Origin: Klebsormidium nitens
Lineage: Eukaryota > Plantae > Klebsormidiophyceae
Length of the DNA stretch: 64,000 nucleotides
Direction of reading: 5' to 3'
NCBI GenBank assembly: GCA_000708835.1
Contig: DF237021.1
Location: 62,001 to 126,000 of the forward strand
Part shown: positions 1 to 14,000 of the stretch, one piece after another
Position numbering within the stretch: the stretch's first letter is position 1
How the letters are laid out: every line of letters starts with the position of its first letter
Program-made: the position numbers and the translations under genes
Notes under the pieces: model-generated
Seen by the model: the letters and a program-made list of their open reading frames with translations, nothing else
Databases searched by the model: none
What the model was told of the DNA's origin: nothing

Positions 1-199
1 TGTGGTGTTCGGAGTTTTCATTGCATTCTACGTTTGGTTGGCCCGCAACTCCTAAACCAGGCTTTGGAAAGCAACGCTTGTAACTCTCGTCTCTCTGAAG
101 ACGCATTTCTAACTTAGGATAAGCGCCCGGGAGACGTCCTAAATCTGAAGCGGTCTAGTGTCACTCTGTTTGAGACCCCACTGCCCTACGGACGCTCAC

Positions 200-2875
200 G
201 GTTTTGAGCAGGCTGATGAGAATGCGCTCGTGGAAGTGGAGGTACAAACGGTGCCACGGGAGGAACAGCCAGCTGGAGTGGACCTGGAGCGGGTACCGGG
301 CCCCTTGGAAACTGTACTGGTACAACTCGTTGCAGTATGCGCAGTGTACATGGGCCTGGACACACCGAACTTGGACTGGTTCATTCAACATAACCATAAA
401 CTCCAACAATATCAAGGTCTTCAGGTATTGGAAGTACTGGTTACCTCCGATTAACCAACATTGAAATCGGAATCGAAAGAAAGTTAGGCTCTGCAAACTA
501 TCTGACGGGGGCTTTGTGAAGTCTCAGCCAACCAAAGGCCGTTCCTCGTTTGAAGGAGGGTTTGCCACCCCTTTTTTGGAGCTTGTTCGACTCCTACGGT
601 TTCATCAAGTGCGCGCTTTCTTTCTAAGCTGACAATTATCGTCTCTCTCCTTTCTCGCTCTTCTCAGAGCAATTTCACACCAGACGAGAGGATATAAGGA
701 GAACGGAAATGCAAGCCAGAACAAAAGTAGAACAGAGCAATCACCACATTTCGAAGCATCACCTGTTGCAAGTACCAGCGGGGGTCGGTTGGATCTTCTC
801 TGGCCTTCTGCCTGAGCAGTTGGTACGCTCTGTTGAACATCCTCCTCTCCTGAGTTGTCAAGTTGCCAGTGGCCTTTCTCGTACGAACAGGGCCCGCCAA
901 TGGAGTGAAGGGGACCCGTGGGGGAATTCCATTGGGTCTGAAGGAAAAAGGGGAGTCACATGTCGGTTTCAGGAACGATAGGTTTTGCTGGTAGGACATG
1001 ATAGAGCACTGTCAGAGGAGCTGCATTGTTGGTCTATCAGGCTTGAGTCGTGTGATTGGACAGAGTTCAGGTTGAAGGGAGTGAGACGATCGCAGAACTG
1101 CTTATTGAGGACGAAAGAATGAGCGACACAGCATCCAAACTGGTTACTTTGATTTCAAAGGATTTTGGTGGGAAGAATGGGAGACAGGAGAGTCAAACTT
1201 GGCCGTCAACATTCTTCACATCCTCAGAAACACGATTGCAAGCACGTTACTCGACATTGAAGGGAGCAGAGGGAAATTAGGGGTGATTGCAGGTTTGTTG
1301 AAAACCGCTTTTGAAACCGCTTTGACACTCTTGGCTCTCTTCCATCATAGACCAGGGAGAGAGCAGGTTGCCCCTCTTATATGTCCTGTACAAACTCCAA
1401 AAAACAACATTGTCAATGATGCACTGTGACCAGAATGTCTGCAAGGACAGATTCAAAGGAAACCAACTCAAGGTTCTGGGACATGGCAAGTCCTTCCGAA
1501 GGCACTCAAATCATTATGATTTATGAAAACCATCTGACAACTTAAAGCTCGCACCATCAGTTACACTGAACATTCTTTCGTTAACATGAGTGAAGCCCTA
1601 GGAGTCATGGTGCCAAAATCGTGGCCTTCGTGCCAAGTGCCAAGTGCCAAGTGCCAACTCACCAACTCAGGGGAGTGTTCTGTCTGTCCTCACCTGATGT
1701 TCACACAGCAGTCGTCGGCACAGGCTGCCAAATCCGCTGGACGCAGCACAATTGGTGCGGCTTGGCCCTGGCTGGGCAGCAAGAGCCCTGCCGCTGTGGC
1801 CCCCCCTGCAGCCAACACCTGGCGTCTGGCAACTAGAAGGTCGGGGGTATTCGAAGAGACAGGTTCTTCTTCCTGGGGGGCTGTGGCTCGGACGGGTAAG
1901 GTGCGATTAGCGGACCTGCAGAGTGGGTTAACAAATGGCTGAGCATGGCTCATATCTTGCGATGATAGGGGGGTTTGGAATGGTCTTCCAAGGTCAAAAC
2001 CTGCCAGGAGTCACCTTGCATCAGGCAGTGTAAGAACAGGGGTTCAGATGTAGCTGAAGCTTAAGAAGATTCTAGAATCTGATGCTCCCTCATACTTGGA
2101 CTTGCTCATAGAAGCATGCATGCAGTTCACCTCTAGAGAATACACATGAACCTGCCATGAGCATTATGAGCGAGAATTATGTCACCATTGGGCTAAAGGT
2201 GGCACCTTTTAGGCCAAAGCTGCGGCCTTTTGATCTTTGCGTGCAGATTATGCAGAATGCTACCCCGCAAACAATGTAGCAACACAACAACATTGCTGAG
2301 CAGAGACCGTTTGCTAGAAGATTCTAAACCCTCTGCACTGCTGTAAAACAGTTCTGGGGAAAAGCACCGCTCTTGCTTTCGATGGACCTTTGAATATACC
2401 TTCAGGGAGAAAAGGGCTGCTCCTATGCACAAGTGCAGCTCAAACCAAAAGCCTTTGCAATGTACACACAGGGAATCCATTGAACAGGCTGGGGTAATCT
2501 GCATTGCAAATCAAAAAGCCGTCCAGGTCCCAATAAAGTGAGGCAAGTCAGGCACTTGAGCCTATAAGTCACATACCTTCTGGCAGCGCTCAGCTGAGCG
2601 TCATTTGTGTCTGCACCAACCCTGCGCCGATTGCAGCTCAACCCATACAAGAAGCTGGACTTGGAGTCAGTCTTCCCCTGTCTGCCTAGTACACCAGCGA
2701 ATCTGCTCCCAATTGCTGGGTTGCTGATATGCTGGAGCTGAGTTATTGATCTTCCATTGCGTGCGCCAATTGGAGTGCACTCCCTGAGCAGTGCTTGCTG
2801 CACCGAGCAGTGGAGAGGTTGCTCAGCAGGCGACAGCAGCTGTGCTCGGACGCGCACGACCGCCAGCGGTGCCAT
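200..2875 (-). CDS. PPO: Polyphenol oxidase (catechol oxidase/tyrosinase family) with bipartite plastid + Tat transit peptide; 5' part only, continues past the left edge
   Basis: Phase-consistent exons 2875-2577, 1915-1694, 937-763, 355-200. Translation gives a twin-Arg motif ([11 protein letters not shown]...GQAAPI), [18 protein letters not shown]...[11 protein letters not shown]|AHVHCAYC...[24 protein letters not shown], which is the plant PPO CuA signature. Confidence 0.93.
1630..1657. repeat. (GTGCCAA)4 short tandem repeat in a PPO intron
   Basis: Four exact copies read directly. Confidence 0.9.
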
Positions 2876-3106
2876 GTTCCACAAGAAGCTGATATTCCAA
2901 TGCAGGAATGCAGATGCTAGAAGTGAGCTTCAGCTTTTGCTTTGAAAAGGTCCAGCTAAACATGATAATGAATGCCTGAAACCGTGGGAGCTGAGAAACT
3001 TAAAAAGTCAAACCTCGCACTCAGAGGTTCTTGTCCTGGAAGACCTGTCTAGCTGCACAGCTAGGGTAAGGGCGCCACGCCCGGCGTATGATGCATTATG
3101 CACGGA

Positions 3107-3720
3107 ATGGGTACCGTACACCGGTAATGAGTATAGGGACGTGGCGCTAAATACGGTACCTTGCAATTAGGGTACCGTCACTTTGTAGTGGCACCCAGTT
3201 AGGTGTTTTGGACTCTGGCCAGGCACTTTAGCGTAAGGGTCTCAAGCCCCCCCCCCCCCCTCCCGGCCTTGCCATGACTGGCAAGGTCGATCGAAGGTCC
3301 CAGTCCGGTGGGCTGTCAACCGGGAAAATCTTAGGTAAAAAAACACAATCATATACATGAACTCAGCCCATTTTGGTGCTGTTTCGTGTTGTTCTCGGGC
3401 TGAAAAGGCGGAACGTTGTACAAAATGAGGATAAGTCTGCATGAAAACGCATGCTTCTCACATGAAACCTGGCTGGGGCTCCGCCCCAAGCAAAAGGCTT
3501 CCCCCCCCCCTCCTCCACCTTTGCTTGGCTGTTCCGAACCAACTTGAAGCCCCCCCCCCCAACAGAATATCTAAGGGGCGGTACCCTTCAATACCTAGGT
3601 ACGGTACCTGTAATCTTGGGTACAGAAGGTGCCGACCGCGACTGCCTATACCCGGACCATAAGACATCAGCCCGTATGCCGTATACCGGTATAGGTACGG
3701 TATACCTTGTACCTAGGTAC
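3107..3720. repeat. Degenerate inverted-repeat (foldback/MITE-like) element rich in GGTACC/GTAC motifs
   Basis: The left end (ggtaccgtacaccggta...gtataggg...tacggtacc...agggtaccg) shares motifs with the reverse complement of 3576-3720 (ggtataccgtacctataccggta...gtatagg...ggtaccgtac...agggtaccg). Internal poly-C tracts. No clear TSD. Confidence 0.35.
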
Positions 3721-4427
3721 TTGTGACTGAGCAGGTCGGACTCACTTGACCCGTTCGTCCTCATGTCACTCCAATGAGAGCCTGTCCTGCCAATGAATGC
3801 AGGCCATGATTCTGCATGAAGTACCATGCAAGCCTCTCATAGGATCCATCATCATCCTATACAATGTCCGGCCGCCTAAATGAATACCAACTGTCAATCC
3901 TCTGCTTATTTCTGCAACGGTTTTCGTAACGGCGCCACGACAGTAAAGCTACATAGGTAGCATGGTTCTCTACTTAAGTTGCTGGCAAAGCTTGAACTGG
4001 CTTATAACTGAATTCAATTGTCGTGCATCATGCACATCAGCCAAAGCAGTGCATGCTTCAATTTAAGTCAACAATTGAAATGCTTTGGTGAATTTTGAGC
4101 GCTAACATCCGTAGAGCAGGGCGTTTCCTCTAGTAAGTGTCTACTATTCTGATCTGACTATCTTATCCTACGGGGTTAGTCAACTAGCGCGTTTGCATGC
4201 AGCTATATCTCACAAATATACCCGACATCTACATGGAAATTAGAATGTATCTGATTGTTTGTACTCTTTCGCATGTCTCGGCAAGTTTGAGCTGGCAAGC
4301 AGTCTAAACACTCCCCGTATGTACAATTTACAACCCGATCGCAACTCCGCACTCTTTCTCGCTATCTTACTCTATCGCTCAAACCTGAAACGCATGCAGA
4401 AACCTCCCTGCAAAGACCGCCCAGTGA

Positions 4428-7400
4428 TCAGAAGCTGACCGTATGCATGATTGCATCAGCTACCTGCAATTCGAGTCAAGCACAAGTTAGTGTTCCCGGC
4501 ATACAAAGAACACTGCCTGGAGTAATGAATTCCCCATCTCTTTCGGATGCAAACCGACTCATACCAGTTGGGGCAGCGTTCCCCATTGCGAGAATCAGAA
4601 AATAAATCGCGAACACGATCAAGGTTTTCCTAACAGACTGAAGCCTAATCAAGCGACGGATCCCGACTGAAAGTAAGTGCATACGTTCAATATGAGCACC
4701 TTTACGTTTTTCGAGAAGACTACTTCACTTGCCGGTTCCTGAGCGCCTGATCCAGATATTGCAGACGCCAAGAGTCAAGAGTACATAATCTCAACATCGG
4801 AGTATGTTTCGACGAGGACCCTGGACGCGAAATGCTCTCAGCTTGTACTATCAGGGAGACTCAGATTCTTCAAAGCGTGCTCACCTTGCTTTCCGTCGGG
4901 AGGTAGAAGGGCTCAAACACAAGGGGGAAGGGAGTGTCCAACCCGCAGACTCGGGCAACGGGGGCCTCCAGCTGGTAAAGAACGATAAAGCCTTGTCAAG
5001 CGTAGAGATATGTAGATATTAACATTGCAATTACTGATGTGTTTGAAACACTCGGCCTTCAAGATCGTACAATGTCGTTCGTGTACGCAGAGCCTTCCTA
5101 AACGCTCAAAGCAATGTTCTCGGAAGCTCTCGCTGTTCGTAAAGGGTCAACCGGACCCTGAAAATTAGGGAAGGGTCCACGTGCCTGGGCTCGGGATCCA
5201 GAAGCGGTATAGCAGTCACTCAACGCAGACGCAAAAGTGGAGTGGGTACTTTCGGACCCCAGTTTTTGAGAGAATGAGGGTCGTCAGAACTGCCGTGACG
5301 GACAATGTGCTGTTGCGACGGCGGCTGACGGAATGATCCCACCTCAACGAACAGCATCCATGTAGCCTTTAGGGTCAGTCAAGCCCTTAATCGACCAACA
5401 CAGAGCCTGACGGGTGCTGCCCAACGTTGCTCTTCAGTATTCTTCACTCATCAGAAGTCGGAGATATATGCAGCTCTTCGCGTCGAACTGCCCACCCCAC
5501 TCCTCGATGCCAAGTTGTGGTCCGCAACCTCGTGATGTCAAACCACTTCCAACGTCGATTGGACGGTTCGAGATCGGAGAATATGTTCCGAGCTTCAGAA
5601 GACGATAATAAGCTTGACGCAAACAGCTGTAGTATTGAACGTTGACTTTGGCGCCGGCGAGACTCGATCCCAAGATCGATTACGACGCCGGAGAAGTGCG
5701 AAGCGACGCAACTGCTGACCTTGAGAAAGGACCGCTCCGCGATCTTTGCAGCAATCTCGGCTCCGAAGCCGCTCGTGATGGGAGCCTCGTGGCTGATGAC
5801 GAGTCGCCCCGTCTTGCTGACGGAAGCGGCCACGGTGTCAACATCCCAGGGGAGGAGGGTCTGCAGATCGATCAACTCGCACGAAACGCCCTCCTGTAGA
5901 GTGAAGGAACTGAATTCAAATGTGTGCAATGTTCTGACAGAAGTTTCAACCGTTCAAGCGACGGGCATAGTCTGCCGAAGAGGGTCACTACTCGCTGCTC
6001 AGTCTATTCAGGAATTTGATTATGGAAAGGTAAGCAGAAGCTCGGCCCTCAAATGGGCTACAATCGAAAGCGGGAGTTCGGTTTTCTCGATATTTGGGTG
6101 GCGGGATGCCCATTGGAGGCTCCCATGTCGAAAATCTCGAAAACTGGGTCTGCAGTCCGTAGTAAAACTCTCGCTGTTTCAAAGATTGTATGTTTTTCGA
6201 GTGTGTCACTCAACAGTCAACACCAGCAGTCCGTATGACCTATCCTGTCCTGGGTCAAAGCGACTACCTCGAAGTGCCTCGACTAATCACTTCACGCAGA
6301 CTCAGCCTGCTGACATCACGACTCAAGAGTTTCGGCTTGCTTGATGAAAACCTGATGGAGCCCGAGGATGAAGAACATGGACTCCCGTCATCAAAATCTC
6401 ACCCCGCCTTGGCTTTTACGGGATCACGCCGATTCATAACGGCGGTAGGTTGCATGTTAAGATGCACGTTCACCGTCGATGGAAAGGTTGATGGCCGAGG
6501 CAGGGTCCAGGAACCCACCTTCTTCGTCCTTGGGGTTTTCTAGACCAAATGAATGAGGCCGCCTACCTTCTCAACAGCGTCGCATGCTCGCTCGAGCACC
6601 AGCATCTGCGCCCCCCAGCCCACTACCGTGACGTCACTCCCCTCTCGAAGAACCTGAAATGCAAAACACTTCTTTTTTAAAAATCAAGCGAAAGTCGGAC
6701 AGGTTGTGATGTCCGCCATTGAGAGGAGCGTTGGAGGACGCGTCCACGATCTGGCCGCTTGAGAGCTGCGTCGAGAAGTCAGCACAGCGTAACGCTTGCG
6801 ATCAAAAACGACAACAGTGATCCTCAGGCCTTCTGCGATGTAATTAGAGCGCAAGGGTTGCAAGCCGAGCCGGACGAAAACGCACGGGCGGGCAGCGTTT
6901 GGTAGGATCCCGGAGAAACTTTCAAAACGATGCTACGGATAAAGCTGACTGCAAGAGTGGAGCCCGCGAGAAGAGCGTCTTGAAACAGCGTACGATTCTT
7001 GACAACCCAGCACGAACCCGGATTTGGACTTGTTGCACTGGTAGTGGCGTAATGCGTACCTCTGCTCGCCCCAGTTCCGTTTCGTAGTCCCCAATGGGCA
7101 CCTCTTCGACGGCCATTCGATAAAGACCCTGCACGCAACGCGGAATTTCAAGATTGAGACGGGCGAGACGAACAGCGAAAAGATACAGACAAAGCGTTAA
7201 CGCGCATCCACTTTAAATCCTCTACAAGACTGGGTACGTCATCCAAGGACAAAAGTCAAAGGGTTCTGATCCGCCTGCTTCTCTCGTTTGCTGCCCTCTC
7301 GGCGAACCGCTATTGAAGCAAGCTGCCGTTAAAGCAAGTCTAAAAGGAAGCTGATTCTGATTTCCGACATGCGACAAACAACAATTAAGCGGAAGAACTG

Positions 7401-10257
7401 TGATTCAGCAGACCGAGCTCGAAGGGAAAAACCAGCAGTTCTGAAGTTAAGCAAAGCACGTAGAAAGGCTCTACTTCGCCTGAGTTCGAACAAGTATTCT
7501 GCAAGCTCAAACAACATGAACCCGCGAAGACCCTGACTTGTGATACTAACAACAAAAGAATGCTGAAACAAAGTAGAGCTTCGCTTTCGCTCTGCTCTCA
7601 TTCCACGGACGCCCACTCCTACTTGGTTCAGAGTCCACTTACCTTGGGCTCAAAAAACACGGTGGGGTTCCGGTCCCGAATCGACGCCAGAAGGAGACCT
7701 TTCGCTTTTGAGGGACTTCGGGGGACGACCACCTGTTACAGAAAGGGGTGACTACGTTGACGCGGTCAGAGTGGAGTCGTCCGAAAGCAAAGTGTCCAGA
7801 ATGCTCGCGGCAGCAAATTTGATAGCACGGGTCTCCGGAAGGCTTCACTTTGAGAAGAGACGCTCACGAGGGCACCACAGAACACCTTATCGGCTTCCAT
7901 CTCGTACCCTCGACAAGCCATCTGACCCCGTCTCACAAAGTCGACAAAGAATCTGGCCAGGCTCCGAAACACTCAATCTTTGGAAACGGACACCAAAAGC
8001 CCTCAGCAATGGAAGCAGAAGCCGCCAAAAGAGGGGGGCGAAGCTGCTCGCTCTTTACACTACAGTGCTGAAGGTTTGCGGTGAATATCGGTGCCACTCT
8101 CAATCAAGGGATACGGCGAAATCAGAGGAGTCTAGACGTAACATGACACGAGGGCATGTAGGAAAGCTCACTTTGAGGCCTGGCACGTGCGTGAAGAACG
8201 CCTCGGGAGACTGCGAGTGGTAGTGGCCCCCATGCCCGACAGCACCGTACGGCGTGCGTATCGTCAAACCTAGACAAGCAACCCGAAAAGTTGGTTAGCG
8301 AAAGAAGGTATGACAAACTTGCAGAGCTTACGGCTTACGTCGTTTGACGAGAGGAAGAAGGGGGAAGTAGAACCGACAACAACCAGGAGTTTCTGAACAG
8401 TTAAGACATGGTTTGGGACGCCTAGTAGTGTCCAAGAAAGTCGCAAGACAGGGGCTGAATGTTAAAAGAGTGTATCAACATGGCTAGGGATATGTTGGAT
8501 TTTGAATTTACAGAAGACCCCAAGCCGCCAGCCCCAAAACTGCTGTAAGATTGAATGCAACGGAAAGTACTTGAGAAGTTTGATGAGCGTCCAAAGGGTC
8601 TAAGTAAACTCAAGGCTTTCAGAAGGCATTCTCGTAAAAGGTATCCGCGAGAGACCCAGCTCTACATATCGATGCCAGCTCGAGGCGCCGGTGGCGCATA
8701 TCAGTGGATAGAAAGACAACCGGAAGCTTTGTGTGGCGACAGAAGAGTTTGGACACGTCCGTTGGGCAGGCCTGCTTCGAAATCCCGACCTCAATCAGAG
8801 AAAAGAGACAGAAGCTATAGAGAGGAGTGTTGGGATCCAAAGGAGGACCAGTAACGGGTTGCCCACCACCGCAGTCGAACTGGTTCCCGCTTCGGTACCG
8901 GCATTTTGCAGCCTCGTTAACAATCTGCACAGATTGGACGGTAAGATAATTCGTGCACGAACCTCTAGGAGACGATGATCCTCCTCAACCATGCGAAGGG
9001 GATCGGCTGGTAGAGGCGTGCATACATGAAGAGAGATGCAATCAGTCCTTTGTGCAGCTTTTGAAGACTCCAAGTCTGATGCTGAAAAACCCTTGAATAT
9101 AGATGAACTGTCCAATACCTCCTACCTGGTCAAAAGCGGGGAATATGTAGTCCGCAAACTGTATCTCAGCGATTGCCCTGCTTCCCATTGCAGCCAGCCC
9201 GATCCCAAACCCAATAATCCCCTGTACAACAGAAAGCACGGGCTCTTCTGGGAAGCTTTTTGCACGGCGCACTTGACCGCAACTGTTTGACCGTTGGGCT
9301 TGCTTTCAAGGGTTTCTCTCAGACAGCTCCTCAATGTTGCCTGAAGAATGAAGCAGGATCTTGAGATATCTTTCCATTTTAATGAAGGAGCGTTGCAAAA
9401 AACCTTGAATCAAAGGAGATTATGTGGCCCAACCCGCCTTCTGAAGCACCTCACCTGTTCACATAGGGGTGTGTTGAAAACTCGGTGCCTGCCAAAGCGC
9501 TCAGCTAGGCCTGTGGTACACCGGAAAACCCCTCCAAAGCTGACGTCTTCTCCAAAGATGTACGAACTGCAAAGCACACAGAAGTGCTTTTAAATTACGA
9601 CTGTCTTGTGATTTGAGCTGTTCTTGTTGACTCAGTGCTTATAAGAGTGCGAGCTCGGCTTCTGGTGGTAAGAAGTTGAGCTGGAACGCTAGGACCCTCG
9701 AACCCCATCGGGACGGTTTCCCAGGTAAGGCTCTCTGTCTTTTGAGTGTGTCAGCTTCTCTGAGCTCCACCGACCAGTATCAACTGATATGCTGAAAACC
9801 TCAATATGGTTTTGGCAGGTCTTTCATGAACGTGTAATGAACCCACTATAACTAGATGCTTTCACATGTTGAATTTACTTCCCCTGCAATTGAGCCATTT
9901 CAAACCCTAATAGTGAGCAAAGGCCCAACAGAGTCCTCGCATTGCAAACTAAGGAGTCTGCTACAAATTGAAGTGCATAAGTGCCGAAGCTGACATAGGA
10001 GTGCATGCAGCTCAAATGGCTTCAAATTCTCACTTGGGGTCCGTGTCCAGGGCTATGTGAAGGGCGTCATTGACTGCAGTGAACAGGTTCATGCGCTTCA
10101 ACTCGGCCGTTCCATCATACCCCTCAGGTGCAGAAGGCTGTGCTTGCATTGCTGCACCCGAGAAACACCTCGCTGTCTCCAAAGAGCTGATTCGCCGTGG
10201 CTGCAGCTCGCCTAAGAACCGGGCACACCGGAGAAGGGCTGCTGTTCCCCTCTGCAT
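4428..10257 (-). CDS. BCKDHB: Branched-chain 2-oxoacid dehydrogenase E1 beta subunit, mitochondrial (multi-exon)
   Basis: Exons encode [200 protein letters not shown]-stop. Basic N-terminal presequence. Confidence 0.97.
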
Positions 10258-11070
10258 TGTGTGCGTGGCGGGGAGGCAGCTCAAAAGCGGAGAAAAGTTG
10301 CAGAATAAATAAAGAGCAAGAGGAGGGCTGGGTGAAGGGCAGAGCCTGCAAAAAGAAGCACGGCTAGAGCGCCTGCATGAGACTCATTGAGAGCTCCTTG
10401 AAAGGCTGTGCTTGAGAGCTGTTTGATCGGTGCATGCACGACTCATGATTTATGAGCACTCAGCAGATGCAAAATTAGGGTTCCGATTAGGTGTGGGTTA
10501 TAGTTACAAATACAACCCGGATGGGTTAGGGCCTGCAAGCCGGTACTCTATTGTGCTCGAGCTGGGTACGTACCGGTGTCTTTCACGAAGTCAAAGTTCC
10601 GGTTTTGACCAATCTGGACCGTCAATATAAATTAACAAACCCATCGAACGGCGACCGTGAGCTCTCAGTTTGACCGTTGCTCGACCCTTCAAAGTTGCAA
10701 AACACTGTGCCCGAGTCCGAGTCCTGAGGCTGGAGGCTCCAGTCTGGACTCTGGAGTCTGGAGAATGATGATTCTTCGTCGATCCACTCTTTCAAGTTTC
10801 AGTTCGCTCGTGAGAGCTCCTTAGTGAAACAGAGACCTGACATCAGAATCAAGGCGCTCGACAAAGATTTCTGTGTGAAAATTCCGGCGAGATTGGCGTT
10901 GCAAGAAGGCTGAATCTGATAGGGGCTTTGCTGCGTGCATTTCTGTCGAGGGCGGTCTTCAAGGGATCCATTGACCACATCATTCCCCAATAGGCAGAGA
11001 AAACGGGCAGACAGAGCAATTGGAGAGAGTGCAGAAAATTCTGACTTGCGGTTCTCTTGGTGTGGAGCAA

Positions 11071-14000
11071 ATGGCGTTCGTTTCAGGAGGGTCGGTGGAG
11101 AACTCGTGCGCTGCGCTCTTGACTGAATTGCAGGTAAGTCACGCCACCACCGTGCACCTACGCTCTAATAAGATGAATAATGACCTGAGTGGCAGACGTG
11201 TATCATAATTTATGGATTTGGAACGTCGTCGGACTCAGCTTAGAATTGTCTGATTGCTGGCATGATTCAGTTACCAGCATTTGATCAACAAAGATTGTCT
11301 GCATGTGATGGTTTTTGTCCGCCCTTCTAAAAAGTGGGCTTCAGGAAATGACGGTTCCACTGGTTTGTCCTGCAGCTCATTTGGGATGAACTGGGCGAGA
11401 TGGATGCAGACCGCGACAAGCAGCTCTTGGCCATCGAAGAGGAGTGCTTGCAGGCAAGGCTACTGTCCTCTCTGCAAAGCTTGGTATCCTTGCACACGCT
11501 TCATTGTTACAGGTGTCTCTATGATCTCCTTCATATAATAATTGCAAAGATTGCTGAGGGGCAATGGTTGGTATTCAAGATTAACAGCAAGTTGGGGCAG
11601 ACTTGGCAGATGGGCATGTGGCAGGACCATGCCCGATTCAGGCTGTTATACCGTACTGGCGTCAACTTGAGCAGCCTATCATAAGGTGCCCCTCCCAGCA
11701 CAGATTTATCTCCTAATGATTATCTCTAGCATAGGTGTAGCCCTTTCTCAGAGCATCCCCTGCGCTGGTTCCGAGCTTTGTAATCCAGCCCCTTAAATAT
11801 CCTTGCTGACAGCGACTATGCATGCTCTTGAAACCCCAAAGACAAGTGCCTGCCCATCAACTTTTCTTGCCAAACCCTTCGCTTTCGAGGTGTATAAGCT
11901 CCAGGGAAATAAGGATCCACCTGTCCTCAACATTCTGACAATTGGTGATCTCCTATGTTTGCCAGGTGTACAAGCGCAAGGTGGATGAGGCCAGCCGGTA
12001 CCGTGTGGAGTTGCAGGCAGCGGTGGCGGACTCTGAGAAAGAGGTCGTTACCATGTGCACGGAACTGGGGGAGAAGTATGAACCGGTAAGACTGTGCCGC
12101 TGATTATAGCAGATGCTCTTACATACGTGCCTCTAAATCGTGTAAGCACATCCTATGTTGATGCTAAAAAGATGGCTTCTGGAGGTATCAAGGTAGCGTG
12201 ATCTAGAAGGATGGGATTTGTGGGAAGGCAAAAAGGAAGGGAGTCCAATGACAGGTGGCAAGATCTGCAGAACTTGACATATAAGCATGCAAGAAGTTCT
12301 TTACTGCGGCTGTTAAGATTGTCGATCTTGTGAGCAGGATAAGGTGATGTCATTCACATCTATTGTAGCACGATTGTAAATAGTTGGTCAACCTGGGGAG
12401 TGCCTCTAGGGACAAACCTCAAGGGCTCAATCTGACTGTCCTTGGGCCCCTCCTAACTTCGTCCGACAACGTCCTCAAACCCTTCTTATCACTCTCGACT
12501 TCCTTGAAATCCTTCAGGTGGAGGGCAAGTTGGGTTGCATGCTCCTGCGCCAGCCAAAGGGACTGACGTCAAGTTGCTCATAACCAAGCAATGAGTCCTT
12601 CAAACCAACCAGCCTGAACAACTCGCAGACCTTCTCAGCCCAAATCTAACCAACCTCTAACTCCTCTCAAACATTTCAGATGGAAGGCAAGTTGGGGAGC
12701 ATGCCCCTGCGCCAACAGATGGCCGCCGTTAAGCCGCGCATGGACAAGCTCCGCGCCCTCAAGTTCGCCCGCGTGAAGGAGTTTGCTGAGGTCCTGGGAG
12801 CGATCGGACGGCTGAGAGAGGAGCTGTTTGGGGCGGACGACGAGAGGTCGCCACCTGGCGCGGCACAGGACCTCACCATCAAGCGGCTGGAGGAGTTCAG
12901 GGAGAAGCTGAAGGAACTGCAAGCAGAGAAGGTGAGATTTTCGTTGTTATGGAGTACGTTTAGGGGATTGTTGTTTTGGTGGAACTTCAGAGTATTCATG
13001 TGTCGAAAGACCTAGGCAGATGATCGAGGTGGGGAGGCGGTGTGCTTCGTGCATTTGGGCTGACATATTGGCTGCAAAGTCATGCTTCAATTGGTAGAAC
13101 CCACCTGACAGCTGTACACAGGTGCCTGAATCTATGTTTGTTGTTGCAAGGGTTCAAGAAAAGGTTATGATTACAATTGGCTAAGCTGAAGTCCTTCTTG
13201 CTCATCTCCTTAACATCACAGACCGCATTGCCCAGATTAGATCGTAGTACACACACCCTCGAATTGTTGCTTTGTAGCTTCAATTTTGTCACGGGAAACT
13301 CCTCGACTCCATTCGGGCCATCAAAGAGTAGGTTCACAGCTTACACCCAGTCCTCGAAGAGGGCCTCTCAAAACAGGAACATTCGTTTCTCTTCCTTATG
13401 CATCTCCCAATCTTACCACTGCAGGCGACGCGGCTCGACACCGTCCTGGCCCATGTGAAGCGCGTCCATAGCCTATGCTCGGTCCTGGGAGAAGACTTTG
13501 CCGAGACGATCCAGGGGGTGCATCCAAGCCTTCGGGACGGGGGGGTAGTGCACAACAAGAGCGTCAGCAGCGAGACCCTGCAGCGGCTAGAAGCAAAGAT
13601 GGCTGCACTCCTGGAAGAGAAGAAGCGGCGCATGCACAGGGTAAGTTTTCACTGATTGCTTCCTCTTCCGTCCATCTTCTGCGGTGAGAATCTCAAAGAG
13701 CAGCTGCGTTTGATGGACAGGGTGATGCCCTCTGTAGTTGAGATACTTTCCTCTTTGTCAAAGAAGTGATTCGTCCATACGTCAGACATGTGGCTCCAAG
13801 ATTATTGTCCTGTATCCTTGCTGTATTCTGCAGTAGTAGATTGACATAAATGGGCACTTCGTGATTGTTCTATGCATCCATCAGAAACTCCTGATTGGAC
13901 CTCGTTGTACACATTCCTCTTGCGTTTCTGTCTCAGATGTCAAGCCATGCCTTTCCCTTAAACCGTCGCTTTTCCTGAGGCTAACGTTTGTAGTGTCAAC

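Noticed and set aside
5721-6344. 207-aa plus-strand ORF
   Set aside because: It lies antisense to a BCKDHB exon and intron and has no recognisable motif; a shadow ORF.
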